Origin: Desulfocapsa sulfexigens DSM 10523
Lineage (GTDB): Bacteria; Desulfobacterota; Desulfobulbia; Desulfobulbales; Desulfocapsaceae
Assembly: GCF_000341395.1 (NCBI RefSeq)
Contig: NC_020304.1
Coordinates: 3,210,001-3,242,000 of the forward strand
Length of the DNA stretch: 32,000 nucleotides
Reading direction: 5' to 3'
Numbering within the stretch: the first letter of the stretch is position 1; every line of letters starts with the position of its first letter. Below the pieces are notes generated by a model. That model was not told where the DNA came from and did not search any database. It saw only the letters and a list, made by a program, of their open reading frames with translations. Below are positions 1 to 9,289 of the stretch, piece by piece. Both the position numbers and the translations under genes were made by a program.

Positions 1-1342
1 GTCCTGTGAACTGAGTATAATCACCAACGAGTCCCATAAGATCGTCAAGGGTGAAGGGGATACGGTCATCCTGCGCCAGCCTCTCAAGAAGGTCATTGTC
101 AAGACCTTCTTCTTTAACGACCCTTCCTGCAGCAAGCGAATGCTCCTTGATAACCTCATGCATTTCCTGCCGGCTTTCACCTTTTTCAACAGCTTCCATA
201 AGGATTTTTTCAGTGGACATAAATGGGAGTTCCATTCGAAGGTGCCGTTCGATCTGTTTCGGAAATACAACCATTTGGCTCGTTATGTTTACGTATAACT
301 TAAGGATAGCATCCGTGAGGAGAAAGGCCTGGGGAATATCCATCCGGCGAATTGCTGAATCATCAAGTGTCCGCTCGAACCATTGATTTGAAAAGGTTGC
401 TGCGAAGTCGGCGGGAAGACCCATCAGTTTACGGGAGAGGCCTGTCAGTCTTTCTGAACGCATGGGGTTTCGCTTGTAAGCCATGGCTGAAGAACCTGTC
501 TGGTTTTTGGCAAATGGTTCTTCCTGAACCTTGAGGTTGGAGAGCAGTCGCATATCCACTGCAAATTTATGGGCAGATGCGCCAATTCCTGCAAGGGTTT
601 CGGCAAGCTTCATGTCAAGCTTTCTCGGGTATGTCTGACCTGTTACCGCAAAGACCTTATCAAAGCCAAGTTTTTTTGAAACAAGAGTGTCTAATTGTCT
701 GACTTTTTCGTTATCACCATGAAACAACTCTATAAATGTGGCCTGGGTGCCTACGGTACCCTTAGCACCTCTGGCTTTAATCTGATCAAAAAAAGTGTCA
801 ATATATTCAAGATCCATAACAAGATCCTGAATATAAAGGGTGTTTCTTTTACCAACGGTTGTTGGTTGCGCTGGCTGGTAATGGGTAAACCCGAGGGTAG
901 GGAGGTTTTTGTGTTCCAGACAGAATTTGGCAAGATTGGATATAACCTTAAGGACACCTTTGCGGATCAAATCCAGTGCCTGCTTCTGAATAAGCAGGTC
1001 AGTATTGCAGACAACGAATTGGGATGTGGCACCAAGGTGGATAATCCCTTCAGCTTTTGGGCATTTACTCCCAAATTCGAAAACATGGGCCATTACATCA
1101 TGGCGGATTTCCTTTTCTTTAGCTGCGGCTACGTCAAAATCGATATTATGAACATTGGCGTTCATTTCATCAAGCATTTCCTGGGTGATTATATCTGTGA
1201 GACCGAGTTCGAATTGGGCCTCAGCCAAAGCAACCCAGCACTTTCGCCAATTAGTAAATTTTGTCTTTTCTGAAAAAAGCTCCTGCATGTCGCGACTTGT
1301 GTATCTGCTGACAAGAGGTTCCTGGTATATATCTCTATTCAT
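1..1342 (-). CDS. purB: adenylosuccinate lyase, C-terminal ~25 aa run off the window
   Basis: This open-ended minus-strand ORF is absent from the supplied track because it has no stop inside the window. ATG at 1342-1340 is preceded by GGAGA. Hand translation begins MNRDIYQEPLVSRYTSRDMQELFSEKTKFTNWRKCWVALAEAQFELGL. It contains GFTHYQPAQPTTVGKR and the fumarate-lyase signature TGSSAMAYKRNPMRSE. The last in-window residues are IPFTLDDLMGLVGDYTQFTG. Confidence 0.9.
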   Translation of the reverse strand, partial: MNRDIYQEPLVSRYTSRDMQELFSEKTKFTNWRKCWVALAEAQFELGLTDIITQEMLDEMNANVHNIDFDVAAAKEKEIRHDVMAHVFEFGSKCPKAEGIIHLGATSQFVVCNTDLLIQKQALDLIRKGVLKVISNLAKFCLEHKNLPTLGFTHYQPAQPTTVGKRNTLYIQDLVMDLEYIDTFFDQIKARGAKGTVGTQATFIELFHGDNEKVRQLDTLVSKKLGFDKVFAVTGQTYPRKLDMKLAETLAGIGASAHKFAVDMRLLSNLKVQEEPFAKNQTGSSAMAYKRNPMRSERLTGLSRKLMGLPADFAATFSNQWFERTLDDSAIRRMDIPQAFLLTDAILKLYVNITSQMVVFPKQIERHLRMELPFMSTEKILMEAVEKGESRQEMHEVIKEHSLAAGRVVKEEGLDNDLLERLAQDDRIPFTLDDLMGLVGDYTQFTG

Positions 1343-1577
1343 GGCTATCTCCATTTTGAATGGTTTCGGTTGTTTATTTGGGTGGGAAAAATAAAAAACC
1401 AATATTTTACCATCTTTTAGGTAAAAGCGAAAGGGAGCTCGGTGTTGCCCTGATACATTGAAGAGGGCAGGTAAAATTTTCAAAAAACATCAACCCACAT
1501 GAGTTAAAGCGTGTTGTGGTATATGTTTAGCATCTAGCTGGAGTATCGTTATTATATTTGTTTCAACAAGAGCATCA

Positions 1578-2231
1578 TCAAAGGAGGGAAATTGTATCCC
1601 AACCTCTTTCCTTCGCAATAATAGCTAGTTTTTCATCAGGATCTACGGCAATAGCAGTGTCAACCAACTCCATCAAGGGGAGGTCGTTGTGGGAGTCGCT
1701 GTAAAATAAACTACCATTCAGGGACTCATTGTTTTCATCAAGCCATTGACGTATTCTGGTAACCTTTCCAGAACTAAAACAAGGTGTCCCTTCAATTGAA
1801 TTTGTAAATTTCCCTTCAACCATTTTCACTTCAGTTGCCAAAAGATTATCAATACCAAAATATTTCACAATCGGCTTGGTGATAAAACTATTCGTAGCAG
1901 TGATAACAATTAAAGTGTGCCCCTGGGCCCTGTGAGATTCAACCAGATCAATGGCTTTTTGCCGAATTAAAGGAAGAATGACAGTATCCATGAATTCTTC
2001 ATGTAACACATTAAGAAAAGACATAGAGTGCTGAGTTAACGGAAAAAAACTAAAGGCTGAATACTCGAAGATATCGAGGGACCCCTGTTTGTATTGAGCA
2101 TAGAATGCATCATTGGCAGCTTTATAGCTTGCCCCATCTACTAGATTTTTACTGATAAGAAAATTCCCCCACTCGTGATCGCTGTCACCACTAAGTAAGG
2201 TGTTATCGAGGTCAAAAAGCGCTAAAGTCAT
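1578..2231 (-). CDS. HAD-superfamily subfamily IB hydrolase (phosphoserine-phosphatase-like fold, substrate unknown)
   Basis: 217-aa ORF with an ATG start. HAD motif I is FDLDNTL, motif II is VITATNS and motif IV is YSDSHNDLPL. Confidence 0.8.
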   Translation of the reverse strand: MTLALFDLDNTLLSGDSDHEWGNFLISKNLVDGASYKAANDAFYAQYKQGSLDIFEYSAFSFFPLTQHSMSFLNVLHEEFMDTVILPLIRQKAIDLVESHRAQGHTLIVITATNSFITKPIVKYFGIDNLLATEVKMVEGKFTNSIEGTPCFSSGKVTRIRQWLDENNESLNGSLFYSDSHNDLPLMELVDTAIAVDPDEKLAIIAKERGWDTISLL

Positions 2232-2528
2232 ATATTCTCACAATGTAAGTAATTAGAAAACGGTTTTTTTTAATCTAAACAGAATTGCAATTCTTGCACA
2301 TACTAATCATTTTTGGGCAAATTTAAAAGCGCAGAGAGCGGTTAAGTGCGACGGAAAGTGAAAGTTTTTTTTAAAGAAAGCTCTTAGGATGACAAGGGTG
2401 TTGAAGCAAGCGCAACCTGGGGGGCTATGAATTATACCGGCGCCATCGCTTAACAAAATATTGTCTTTTTAATGGTCCTCGTTTTCCCAGCACAACCTAT
2501 GTCGCATAATGTATATTATGTATAATAT

Positions 2529-4274
2529 TTAATTATGTTGTGAGTCCGGGATGTTGTCGTTGTTGAATACGATTTTTGTCACTCTTACCTGCCAACTTCT
2601 CTTCCCTTTGAAAAAATTAATACTTGGGGTGTAGAGAATGTCCCGTTCTTTTGATAATCGGCAATGCTCTATTAGTTTTCCCATTCCGAAGCCAACCCCC
2701 TCTATGGTATGTCTTTCTCCACGGAAATTAAATCTCAAGTGACTCTTATCTCTTCCTAGAGGCAATACTTTTAAGAATTCAGTTGAGCGGTCCCTAAAAA
2801 TCGGCTGAGGATTGTCTGTTCCGAATGGCTCCATTAAATGTAACTGTCTGAGAATTTCACCATTAAATAAATCGTTAATCTCAATATCATCATCTATCTG
2901 ATTATCGCTGTTCTCAGGCGTCCTATTTGATTGTTTTTGTATGGATTCATCGAATAATTTTTTGAAATTCATCAAATTTCCCTTTAACAAGCTCATTCCG
3001 CCAGCCATTTCATGACCACCAAAACCAAGAAGAACCTCTCTGCAATTATCCAGGGCCTTGAAGATATCTATACCAACAACGGACCTCGCTGAACCTTTTA
3101 AAACTCCTTCGCCAAGATCGCAGAGAACCACACTGGGTTTTTGGTATTCTTCAACAAGATTAGATGCCACAATGCCAGCAACTCCAACATGGTAATTTCC
3201 AGCAACTATAATGGAATGTTTGGTATTTGTGCCCTGGCGCAAAAGGTTATCCTTTGCACTAATAAAGTCCTTGATGTTTATGAGTTTACGTTTATCGTTG
3301 CTCTCGACAAGGTCCTTGGCGATTGCAAAAGCCTCTTTTTTATTCAATGACAAAAAAAGTTTTATGGCCTTGTCCGCCTCCCCCATTCTCCCGGCAGCAT
3401 TAATCTTTGGAGCCAGTTGAAACGAAACATCTTCAGATCGAATGCACTTAGGATCCAGGTTGTTAAGGTGGCACAACGCGGTTATGCCATGGTTTTTCTG
3501 GTCGCCAATGGTTTCCATCCCTGCTTTAACCATAATCCTGTTAATTTTTTTTAAAGGAACCATATCTGCAATTGTTCCAATGGCGACAAGGTCTAGAAAT
3601 TGCTTTAAGTTCGGTGGTTTGTTGATAGTATCGAAATATCCGCATTTTAACAGGTGTGTCCTTGTTGCCATTGCAAGGTAAAATGCTACTCCGACACCAG
3701 CCAGTGTTTTATCCAGGAATTCACAGTTCGTCTGGTTTGGATTGATCACTGCGTCTGCCATTACCCTTTCTGGCAGAGCAAGGTGGTGATCTGTTATAAT
3801 GACTTTATAGCCCAGTTTTTTGGCATACTCCACAGCCTCGTGTGCAGATATTCCATTATCTACAGTTATCAGTAGGCATTTGTCGGTATCTCTGTTCTCC
3901 GATACCTTTCTCAGGCCATCTTTTTGTATGCCGTAACCATCTGTCAATCGATTGGGGATGTGATAATCGGCGGTGTAACCAATCGATTTGAAAAATAAAA
4001 GAAGGAGCGCTGTGGCCGTGGTCCCATCAACATCGTAATCACCCCAAACCAATATGGGGTGACCGTTGGTTATGGTCTCCTCAATAAGGTTCACCGCCAG
4101 ATCCATATCTTTCAATAAAAATGGACTTGGCAATTCTTTGAGCTTTGGTTCAAGAAATTGTTGAATCTCATCTTTTCCGCAGATCCCTCTTCTTGCAAGC
4201 AGTTTTTCGATGAAAGGATTCAGGTATTTACCGTCTGAAAGTCTAATTCGTTTCTGTCCTTGCTCGACACTCAT
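2529..4274 (-). CDS. recJ: single-stranded-DNA-specific exonuclease RecJ
   Basis: 581-aa ORF with DHH-family motifs: WGDYDVDGTTA, TVDNGI, ITDHH and GGHEMAGG. Its ATG overlaps the miaA stop (ATGA at 4271-4274). Confidence 0.9.
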   Translation of the reverse strand: MSVEQGQKRIRLSDGKYLNPFIEKLLARRGICGKDEIQQFLEPKLKELPSPFLLKDMDLAVNLIEETITNGHPILVWGDYDVDGTTATALLLLFFKSIGYTADYHIPNRLTDGYGIQKDGLRKVSENRDTDKCLLITVDNGISAHEAVEYAKKLGYKVIITDHHLALPERVMADAVINPNQTNCEFLDKTLAGVGVAFYLAMATRTHLLKCGYFDTINKPPNLKQFLDLVAIGTIADMVPLKKINRIMVKAGMETIGDQKNHGITALCHLNNLDPKCIRSEDVSFQLAPKINAAGRMGEADKAIKLFLSLNKKEAFAIAKDLVESNDKRKLINIKDFISAKDNLLRQGTNTKHSIIVAGNYHVGVAGIVASNLVEEYQKPSVVLCDLGEGVLKGSARSVVGIDIFKALDNCREVLLGFGGHEMAGGMSLLKGNLMNFKKLFDESIQKQSNRTPENSDNQIDDDIEINDLFNGEILRQLHLMEPFGTDNPQPIFRDRSTEFLKVLPLGRDKSHLRFNFRGERHTIEGVGFGMGKLIEHCRLSKERDILYTPSINFFKGKRSWQVRVTKIVFNNDNIPDSQHN

Positions 4275-5212
4275 AAAAAATCTCTTATCATCGTTTTTGC
4301 TATTCCAGAATCACTTGTTTCAAGCCATTGGACTTCTTTGATTTTGTTAAACCAGGTATACTGTCGTTTTGCGTATCTGCGTGTATCTCTGGTGAGTTGT
4401 TCAAACATCTCATTCCTGCTTAGGTCGCCTTTTATAAACCTGGTCATATGGCTATATCCAATGGATTGCATGGATTTACAATTCTCTTCGTACCCCCTGT
4501 CGAGCAACCCCCTAACCTCACTTTCAAAGCCATTTTCAAGCATTATCCTGCTTCTCTGGTCTATTCGCTCATAGAGTCTGGTTCTGTCACGAGTCAGTCC
4601 AATAATCAGAATGTTTGGGAACCTTTTTGTATTCTGCCTCTTGTGTTCTTCTATTAAAGCTGACCATTTCTTACCTGTTCCTCTGAATATTTCCAAAGCC
4701 CTGACAAGTCTATGGCTATCATTTTTGTGGATTCTTTTGGCAGAATTACGATCTATTAGTGACAATTGTTCATGCAATACATCACGTCCAAGGCTGTTTA
4801 GTTCAGTCACTAACTCTTTTCTTATACTTGGGAATGTTGGTAACTTCGGTGCCAAACCATTAATAAGGGCCTTGAGGTATAAACCAGTTCCCCCGGTAAC
4901 AAGAATTTTCTTTTTCTTCGTATGTATATTTCGAATAGCCTCTATAGCCCTGGTCTCATAGGTGCCAGCATCGAAAGGTTCGTCTGGATCGACCACATCG
5001 ATTAAATGATGTTCTACGCCCTTCATCTCTTCCCTGGTTATCTTGGCTGTGCCAATATCCATATAGCGATATACCTGCATGGAGTCGACACTGATTATTT
5101 CGAAGCCAAATTCCCGTGCAATATCTATGGAAAGGGCTGTCTTTCCGACGGCGGTTGGCCCGATCAGAACAACAATCGGTTCACGGAAAGGAAACTCAAA
5201 CGCATTACTCAT
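4271..5212 (-). CDS. miaA: tRNA dimethylallyltransferase
   Basis: P-loop GPTAVGKTALSIDIA, then SVDSMQVYRYMDIGTAK and TGGTGLY. The track start at 5224 is a TTG. The ATG at 5212 (MSNAFEF...) is preferred and overlaps the upstream stop as ATGAGTAA. Confidence 0.9.
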   Translation of the reverse strand: MSNAFEFPFREPIVVLIGPTAVGKTALSIDIAREFGFEIISVDSMQVYRYMDIGTAKITREEMKGVEHHLIDVVDPDEPFDAGTYETRAIEAIRNIHTKKKKILVTGGTGLYLKALINGLAPKLPTFPSIRKELVTELNSLGRDVLHEQLSLIDRNSAKRIHKNDSHRLVRALEIFRGTGKKWSALIEEHKRQNTKRFPNILIIGLTRDRTRLYERIDQRSRIMLENGFESEVRGLLDRGYEENCKSMQSIGYSHMTRFIKGDLSRNEMFEQLTRDTRRYAKRQYTWFNKIKEVQWLETSDSGIAKTMIRDFL

Positions 5213-5690
5213 AATAGTTGACAAAACTTAAATAGGGCGCAATTTGAGCCATCCTCACAGGGCCTATTCCGGATACCCTCAGGAGGTCTTCCGCCGTTTC
5301 AAAAGGACCGAATTGGTTTCGTGTCTGGAGTATTTTTTCGGCGAGTTCTGTACCGATACCTTTCACAGACATAAGTAACAGTTTGTCGCAGTGATTGATG
5401 GCTACCGGAAGAAAGAAAAATGGTGAAAAATTGAGTTGCTCGACGCTAAGACAGGGATTCTCTGATTCAAAAGAATTCTGCCAAAGCCGATCATTTAAGA
5501 CGAGCTTATGACCGTTTACAACCTGAAGCTCTATTTTACGTTGAGAAGTATTTGGTGAAAAATCGAAGAGAAAAAACAACTGGGTTAAAGCAAAGAGGGA
5601 ACAGCAAAAAAGTGCAAAAAGCTCTTTGCCTGTCCCCTCTTCTCTTGAAACAATGTCCGTCCTAGTTTTTGGTTGCGTTACGCTGTTCAT
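5205..5690 (-). CDS. ComEA-like helix-hairpin-helix DNA-binding membrane protein
   Basis: 161 aa. It has an N-terminal hydrophobic segment LFALFCCSLFALTQLFFLF. The C-terminal tandem HhH reads VKGIGTELAEKILQTRNQFGPFETAEDLLRVSGIGPVRMAQIAPY, which matches the ComEA C-terminal pattern. It overlaps both neighbouring genes. Confidence 0.7.
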   Translation of the reverse strand: MNSVTQPKTRTDIVSREEGTGKELFALFCCSLFALTQLFFLFDFSPNTSQRKIELQVVNGHKLVLNDRLWQNSFESENPCLSVEQLNFSPFFFLPVAINHCDKLLLMSVKGIGTELAEKILQTRNQFGPFETAEDLLRVSGIGPVRMAQIAPYLSFVNYYE

Positions 5691-7266
5691 CCCGCATCAA
5701 TTTATAGGTTAAAGAGTCAACAAGAGCTTGCCATGATGCTTCTATAATGTTCACCGATACGCCTACAGTTCCCCACTGTTCGTACTTGTCCTTTGACTCT
5801 ATAAGAACCCTGACTTTAGCTCCTGTCCCATGCTGACCTGAAAGAACCCGAACCTTGTAATCAACCAGTTCAATCTCTTCGAGGGCTGGATAAAATTGAG
5901 TCAATCCTTTTCGCATCGCCTTATCAAGTGCATTAACCGGCCCATCTCCCATGGCGGCTGTGTGGACTTCCTCACCGCCAACCTCAACCCTGATGGTTGC
6001 TTCGGTTTCGGGAGGTTTATCCATGCTACGCTTAGAATTTATTGCCCTGAAGCCTCTCAGGGTGAAAAAATTCGCCTGTGCTCCTATGGCACGACGCATC
6101 AGCAGTTCAAAGGACGCCTCTGCGCCTTCATACTGAAACCCCTGGTTTTCAAGATTTTTCAATTCAGCAACGATGGAGGCTGCAATGGGACTGTTCGGAT
6201 CGAGATCAATACCGAATTTTTTGGCCTTGTGTAAAACATTGGACTTCCCTGCCTGATCAGAAATAAGGATTCTCCTGACATTTCCAACCTTTTCCGGCTC
6301 AATATGCTCGTAGGTTAACGGGTTTCGTTTAACAGCTGAGACATGAATGCCACCTTTATGGGCAAAGGCTGAACGACCTACATATGGCTGGTATTTATTG
6401 TGTGGCAGATTGGCAAGCTCATCAACCAGCATGGCAGTGTCATACAGTCGGTCAATATTTTTTACAGATTCACACTCATACCCCATCTTCAAGCCTAAGG
6501 CAGGGATGACGGAGGTAAGATTGCAGTTTCCACAGCGTTCACCGTAGCCGTTCATGGTTCCCTGTACCTGGGTTACACCAAGGCTTAAAGCAAGGAGTGA
6601 ATTTGCGACCGCTGTTTCAGAATCATTATGGGCATGAATGCCAAGAGTTACCGTTTTGCTGCGCTCAGTAACGAACCGCTGTACACGTTCTATTATAGGC
6701 TGAACTTCATGCGGTAGCATCCCACCATTTGTATCACAAAGAACCAGACATTCGGCACCGCCACTAATTGCCTTCCCGAGAGTTGCTAGAGCGTAATCAT
6801 GATTTTTTTTGAAACCATCGAAGAAATGTTCAGCATCATAAAAAAGCGTTTCCACGTGTGGTTTTAAATAGGCAAGGGACTCTTCAATGATTAGCAGATT
6901 ATCTTCAAGTTCTATTCGTAGCGCATCGTGGACATGAATATCCCAGGATTTACCAAAAATGGTAATGACTGGTGTTTTAGCATCAAGTAAAGCCTGAAGG
7001 TTTTTATCTTCCTGGCAGGGATTGGAAAAGAGACGTGTGGAACCAAAAGCAACAAGTTTTGCATGTTTAAGAGTCTCTCCCTGCATGGTCTTGAAAAATT
7101 CGACCGCCAGGGGATTTGATCCGGGCCAGCCTCCCTCAATGAAATCAATTCCAAGATTGTCGAGTTTATGGCTGATACGAATCTTGTCGGTAACAGAAAG
7201 GTTGAAATTCTCAGCCTGAGTTCCATCCCTCAAGGTTGTGTCGTATATTTGTACGGATCTTGTCAT
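5662..7266 (-). CDS. cimA: (R)-citramalate synthase (LeuA-family, CimA type)
   Basis: VQIYDTTLRDGTQAE..IEGGWPGSNP N-terminus, HAHND metal motif, about 530 aa with a LeuA-dimer C-terminal domain. It sits immediately downstream of aspartokinase, as I recall for Geobacter cimA. The track start at 7278 is a TTG; the ATG at 7266 (MTRSVQIYDTT) is preferred. Confidence 0.75.
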   Translation of the reverse strand: MTRSVQIYDTTLRDGTQAENFNLSVTDKIRISHKLDNLGIDFIEGGWPGSNPLAVEFFKTMQGETLKHAKLVAFGSTRLFSNPCQEDKNLQALLDAKTPVITIFGKSWDIHVHDALRIELEDNLLIIEESLAYLKPHVETLFYDAEHFFDGFKKNHDYALATLGKAISGGAECLVLCDTNGGMLPHEVQPIIERVQRFVTERSKTVTLGIHAHNDSETAVANSLLALSLGVTQVQGTMNGYGERCGNCNLTSVIPALGLKMGYECESVKNIDRLYDTAMLVDELANLPHNKYQPYVGRSAFAHKGGIHVSAVKRNPLTYEHIEPEKVGNVRRILISDQAGKSNVLHKAKKFGIDLDPNSPIAASIVAELKNLENQGFQYEGAEASFELLMRRAIGAQANFFTLRGFRAINSKRSMDKPPETEATIRVEVGGEEVHTAAMGDGPVNALDKAMRKGLTQFYPALEEIELVDYKVRVLSGQHGTGAKVRVLIESKDKYEQWGTVGVSVNIIEASWQALVDSLTYKLMRDEQRNATKN

Positions 7267-7278
7267 AAAGCTCACCAA

Positions 7279-8529
7279 TTATAATATATTCTCTTCTTCG
7301 GGCAGATTTTCCTTGTCAAGTTCGAACGCATCGTGGAGAGCACGAACCGCAAGTTCTGTATATTTTTCCTCAATTACACAGGAAACTTTAATTTCAGAAG
7401 TCGATATCATGGAAATATTGATTCCTTCGTTAGAGAGTACTCTGAACATGGTGGATGCAATCCCTGAATGATTCCGCATACCGACACCAACAATGGAAAT
7501 TTTGGTGATGGCATCGGAACCATGAACGCCACCTTTGGCACCTATTTTTTCGACTATCTCCTGAAGGAGTTGCAAGGTGCGCTGATAATCACTGCGAACA
7601 ACAGTAAAGGTCATATCGGTTAGACCATTACCGGTATCCTGATTCTGGATAATCATATCGACAATAATGTCAGCGTCAGAAATGGGAGTGAAAATTTTAG
7701 CAGCAATGCCTGGCTGATCAGGAACGCCGGATACGGTAATTCGTGCTTCGTTTTTATTATAGGTTACACCTGAAACTATTCTTCCTTCCATTGCTTTATC
7801 CTCCGCAACAACCCATGTCCCTTCAGTTTCTGTAAATGTGGAACGGACGTGGATTGGGACATTGTACTGTTTTGCAAATGTTACAGATCTGATATCCAGA
7901 ACCTTAGCGCCAAGGCTTGCCAGTTCCAGCATCTCGTCATAAGAAATTCTGTCTATTTTTATGGCCTTTGCACATATGTTGGGGTCAGTTGTATAGACCC
8001 CCTCAACATCGGTGAAAATCTCGCAGGCATCAGCCTGCAGTGCAGCAGCCAGGGCCACAGCTGTGGTGTCGGAACCGCCACGGCCAAGCGTGGTAATGTC
8101 ACCATCCTGAGTAACACCCTGGAACCCTGCTACCACTACTACCTTGCCGTTGTTGAGTTCCGTCGTAATTCTCTCTGTATCAATGTTTTCAATCCGTGCT
8201 TTCGTGTGTGAACTGTCTGTATTAATCTTTACCTGGTCACCAAGAAAGGATATACAATCATCGCCAAAGGCCTTCACTGCCATAGCAAAAAGAGAAACGG
8301 TTACCTGTTCCCCAGAGGAAAGAAGGACATCCATCTCCCTCTGATCCGGTATGTCCTGCATCTGCATGGCAAAATCGGTGAGACGGTTAGTCTCTCCAGA
8401 CATGGCAGAAAGAACAACCACCATCTGGTGCCCTTCATTTTTCTTTTTGAGTACCCTCCTGGCAACCTGTTTAATCTTGTCAGGATTACCGACGGAAGTT
8501 CCCCCAAATTTTTGTACAATTAAAGCCAT
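7279..8529 (-). CDS. lysC: aspartate kinase (alpha chain; probable nested beta chain)
   Basis: [24 protein letters not shown], and two C-terminal ACT-like repeats. AAGGAG lies upstream of the ATG at 8529. Confidence 0.92.
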   Translation of the reverse strand: MALIVQKFGGTSVGNPDKIKQVARRVLKKKNEGHQMVVVLSAMSGETNRLTDFAMQMQDIPDQREMDVLLSSGEQVTVSLFAMAVKAFGDDCISFLGDQVKINTDSSHTKARIENIDTERITTELNNGKVVVVAGFQGVTQDGDITTLGRGGSDTTAVALAAALQADACEIFTDVEGVYTTDPNICAKAIKIDRISYDEMLELASLGAKVLDIRSVTFAKQYNVPIHVRSTFTETEGTWVVAEDKAMEGRIVSGVTYNKNEARITVSGVPDQPGIAAKIFTPISDADIIVDMIIQNQDTGNGLTDMTFTVVRSDYQRTLQLLQEIVEKIGAKGGVHGSDAITKISIVGVGMRNHSGIASTMFRVLSNEGINISMISTSEIKVSCVIEEKYTELAVRALHDAFELDKENLPEEENIL

Positions 8530-8827
8530 CTGACGTCTAACTCCTTTATAAGTAGCAGGGATCCTAAGATAAAATAGAAATCAGTGGAGGGTCTGTCAGA
8601 CCCGTTGCTGATTGATAAGTTCTATTGCTATTCACTTTCAAGCATAAATTCATACAATTTAGTACCTGTCGGTAAAAATGCAATCTTTTCTTCTTTCAGT
8701 CGAAAATGTATCAAAAACAACTGTCCAATTGTGCTTTTTTTAAAGATGTTATCTATAGTAAGGTAAACCCCAGTGAAAAAACATGTAGCAAAAAAACACT
8801 TCAATTTTAAAGGAAACAGTAAAACAC

Positions 8828-9289
8828 ATGAACGATAATGAGTCATTTCATATAGTACTGGTAGAACCGGAAATCCCACCTAATACCGGTTCTATTGCAC
8901 GCTTATGTGGGGCAACCAATAGCGTTCTGCACCTGGTCCGCCCCTTAGGTTTTTCCACCGATGATAAGCACCTCAAACGGGCAGGCCTTGATTACTGGAA
9001 GTTTGTAGACATTAGATACTGGGAATGCTTTGACGATTTCCTTAAAGCTCAGGATGAAAACAGATTATATTTTCTTACTACTAAAACCAGCAGGTCCTAT
9101 ATTGATGCACCTTTCAAACCCGGTGACTACCTCGTGTTTGGTAAGGAAACAAAAGGATTACCCGAAGATCTTCTTAAGCTTTATTCAGATCGTTGTTTTA
9201 CTCTCCCCATGGCCAATTCGAATATCAGAAGTTTGAATCTGGCGATGACTGCAGGAATTGTTCTCTATGCTGCCTTAAGCCGGCAATAG
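8828..9289 (+). CDS. trmL: tRNA (cytidine/uridine-2'-O-)-methyltransferase TrmL (SpoU family)
   Basis: 153 aa. IVLVEPEIPPNTGSIARLCGATN, RAGLDYW, FGKETKGLP and SLNLAMT are near-collinear with E. coli TrmL/YibK as I remember it. Confidence 0.9.
   Translation: MNDNESFHIVLVEPEIPPNTGSIARLCGATNSVLHLVRPLGFSTDDKHLKRAGLDYWKFVDIRYWECFDDFLKAQDENRLYFLTTKTSRSYIDAPFKPGDYLVFGKETKGLPEDLLKLYSDRCFTLPMANSNIRSLNLAMTAGIVLYAALSRQ

Noticed and set aside
51-1394. Plus-strand track ORFs 51..386, 352..534, 695..1273 and 1155..1394, plus minus-strand ORF 751..957
   Set aside because: All lie inside the open-ended minus-strand purB reading frame, which translates into an unmistakable adenylosuccinate lyase. The overlapping ORFs have low-complexity Ser/Leu/Cys-rich composition and no motifs. 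They are antisense or off-frame shadows.
1447-1470. Hairpin TGCCCT-N12-AGGGCA downstream of the HAD gene, as a possible terminator
   Set aside because: The stem is only 6 bp, the loop is 12 nt, and no U-tract follows on the minus (transcribed) strand. Support is insufficient.
8530-8827. Lysine riboswitch (L-box) in the lysC leader; purine riboswitch upstream of purB (1343-1577)
   Set aside because: I read both leaders on the minus strand and could not recognise the conserved cores of either riboswitch class. A covariance-model scan would be the decisive test.
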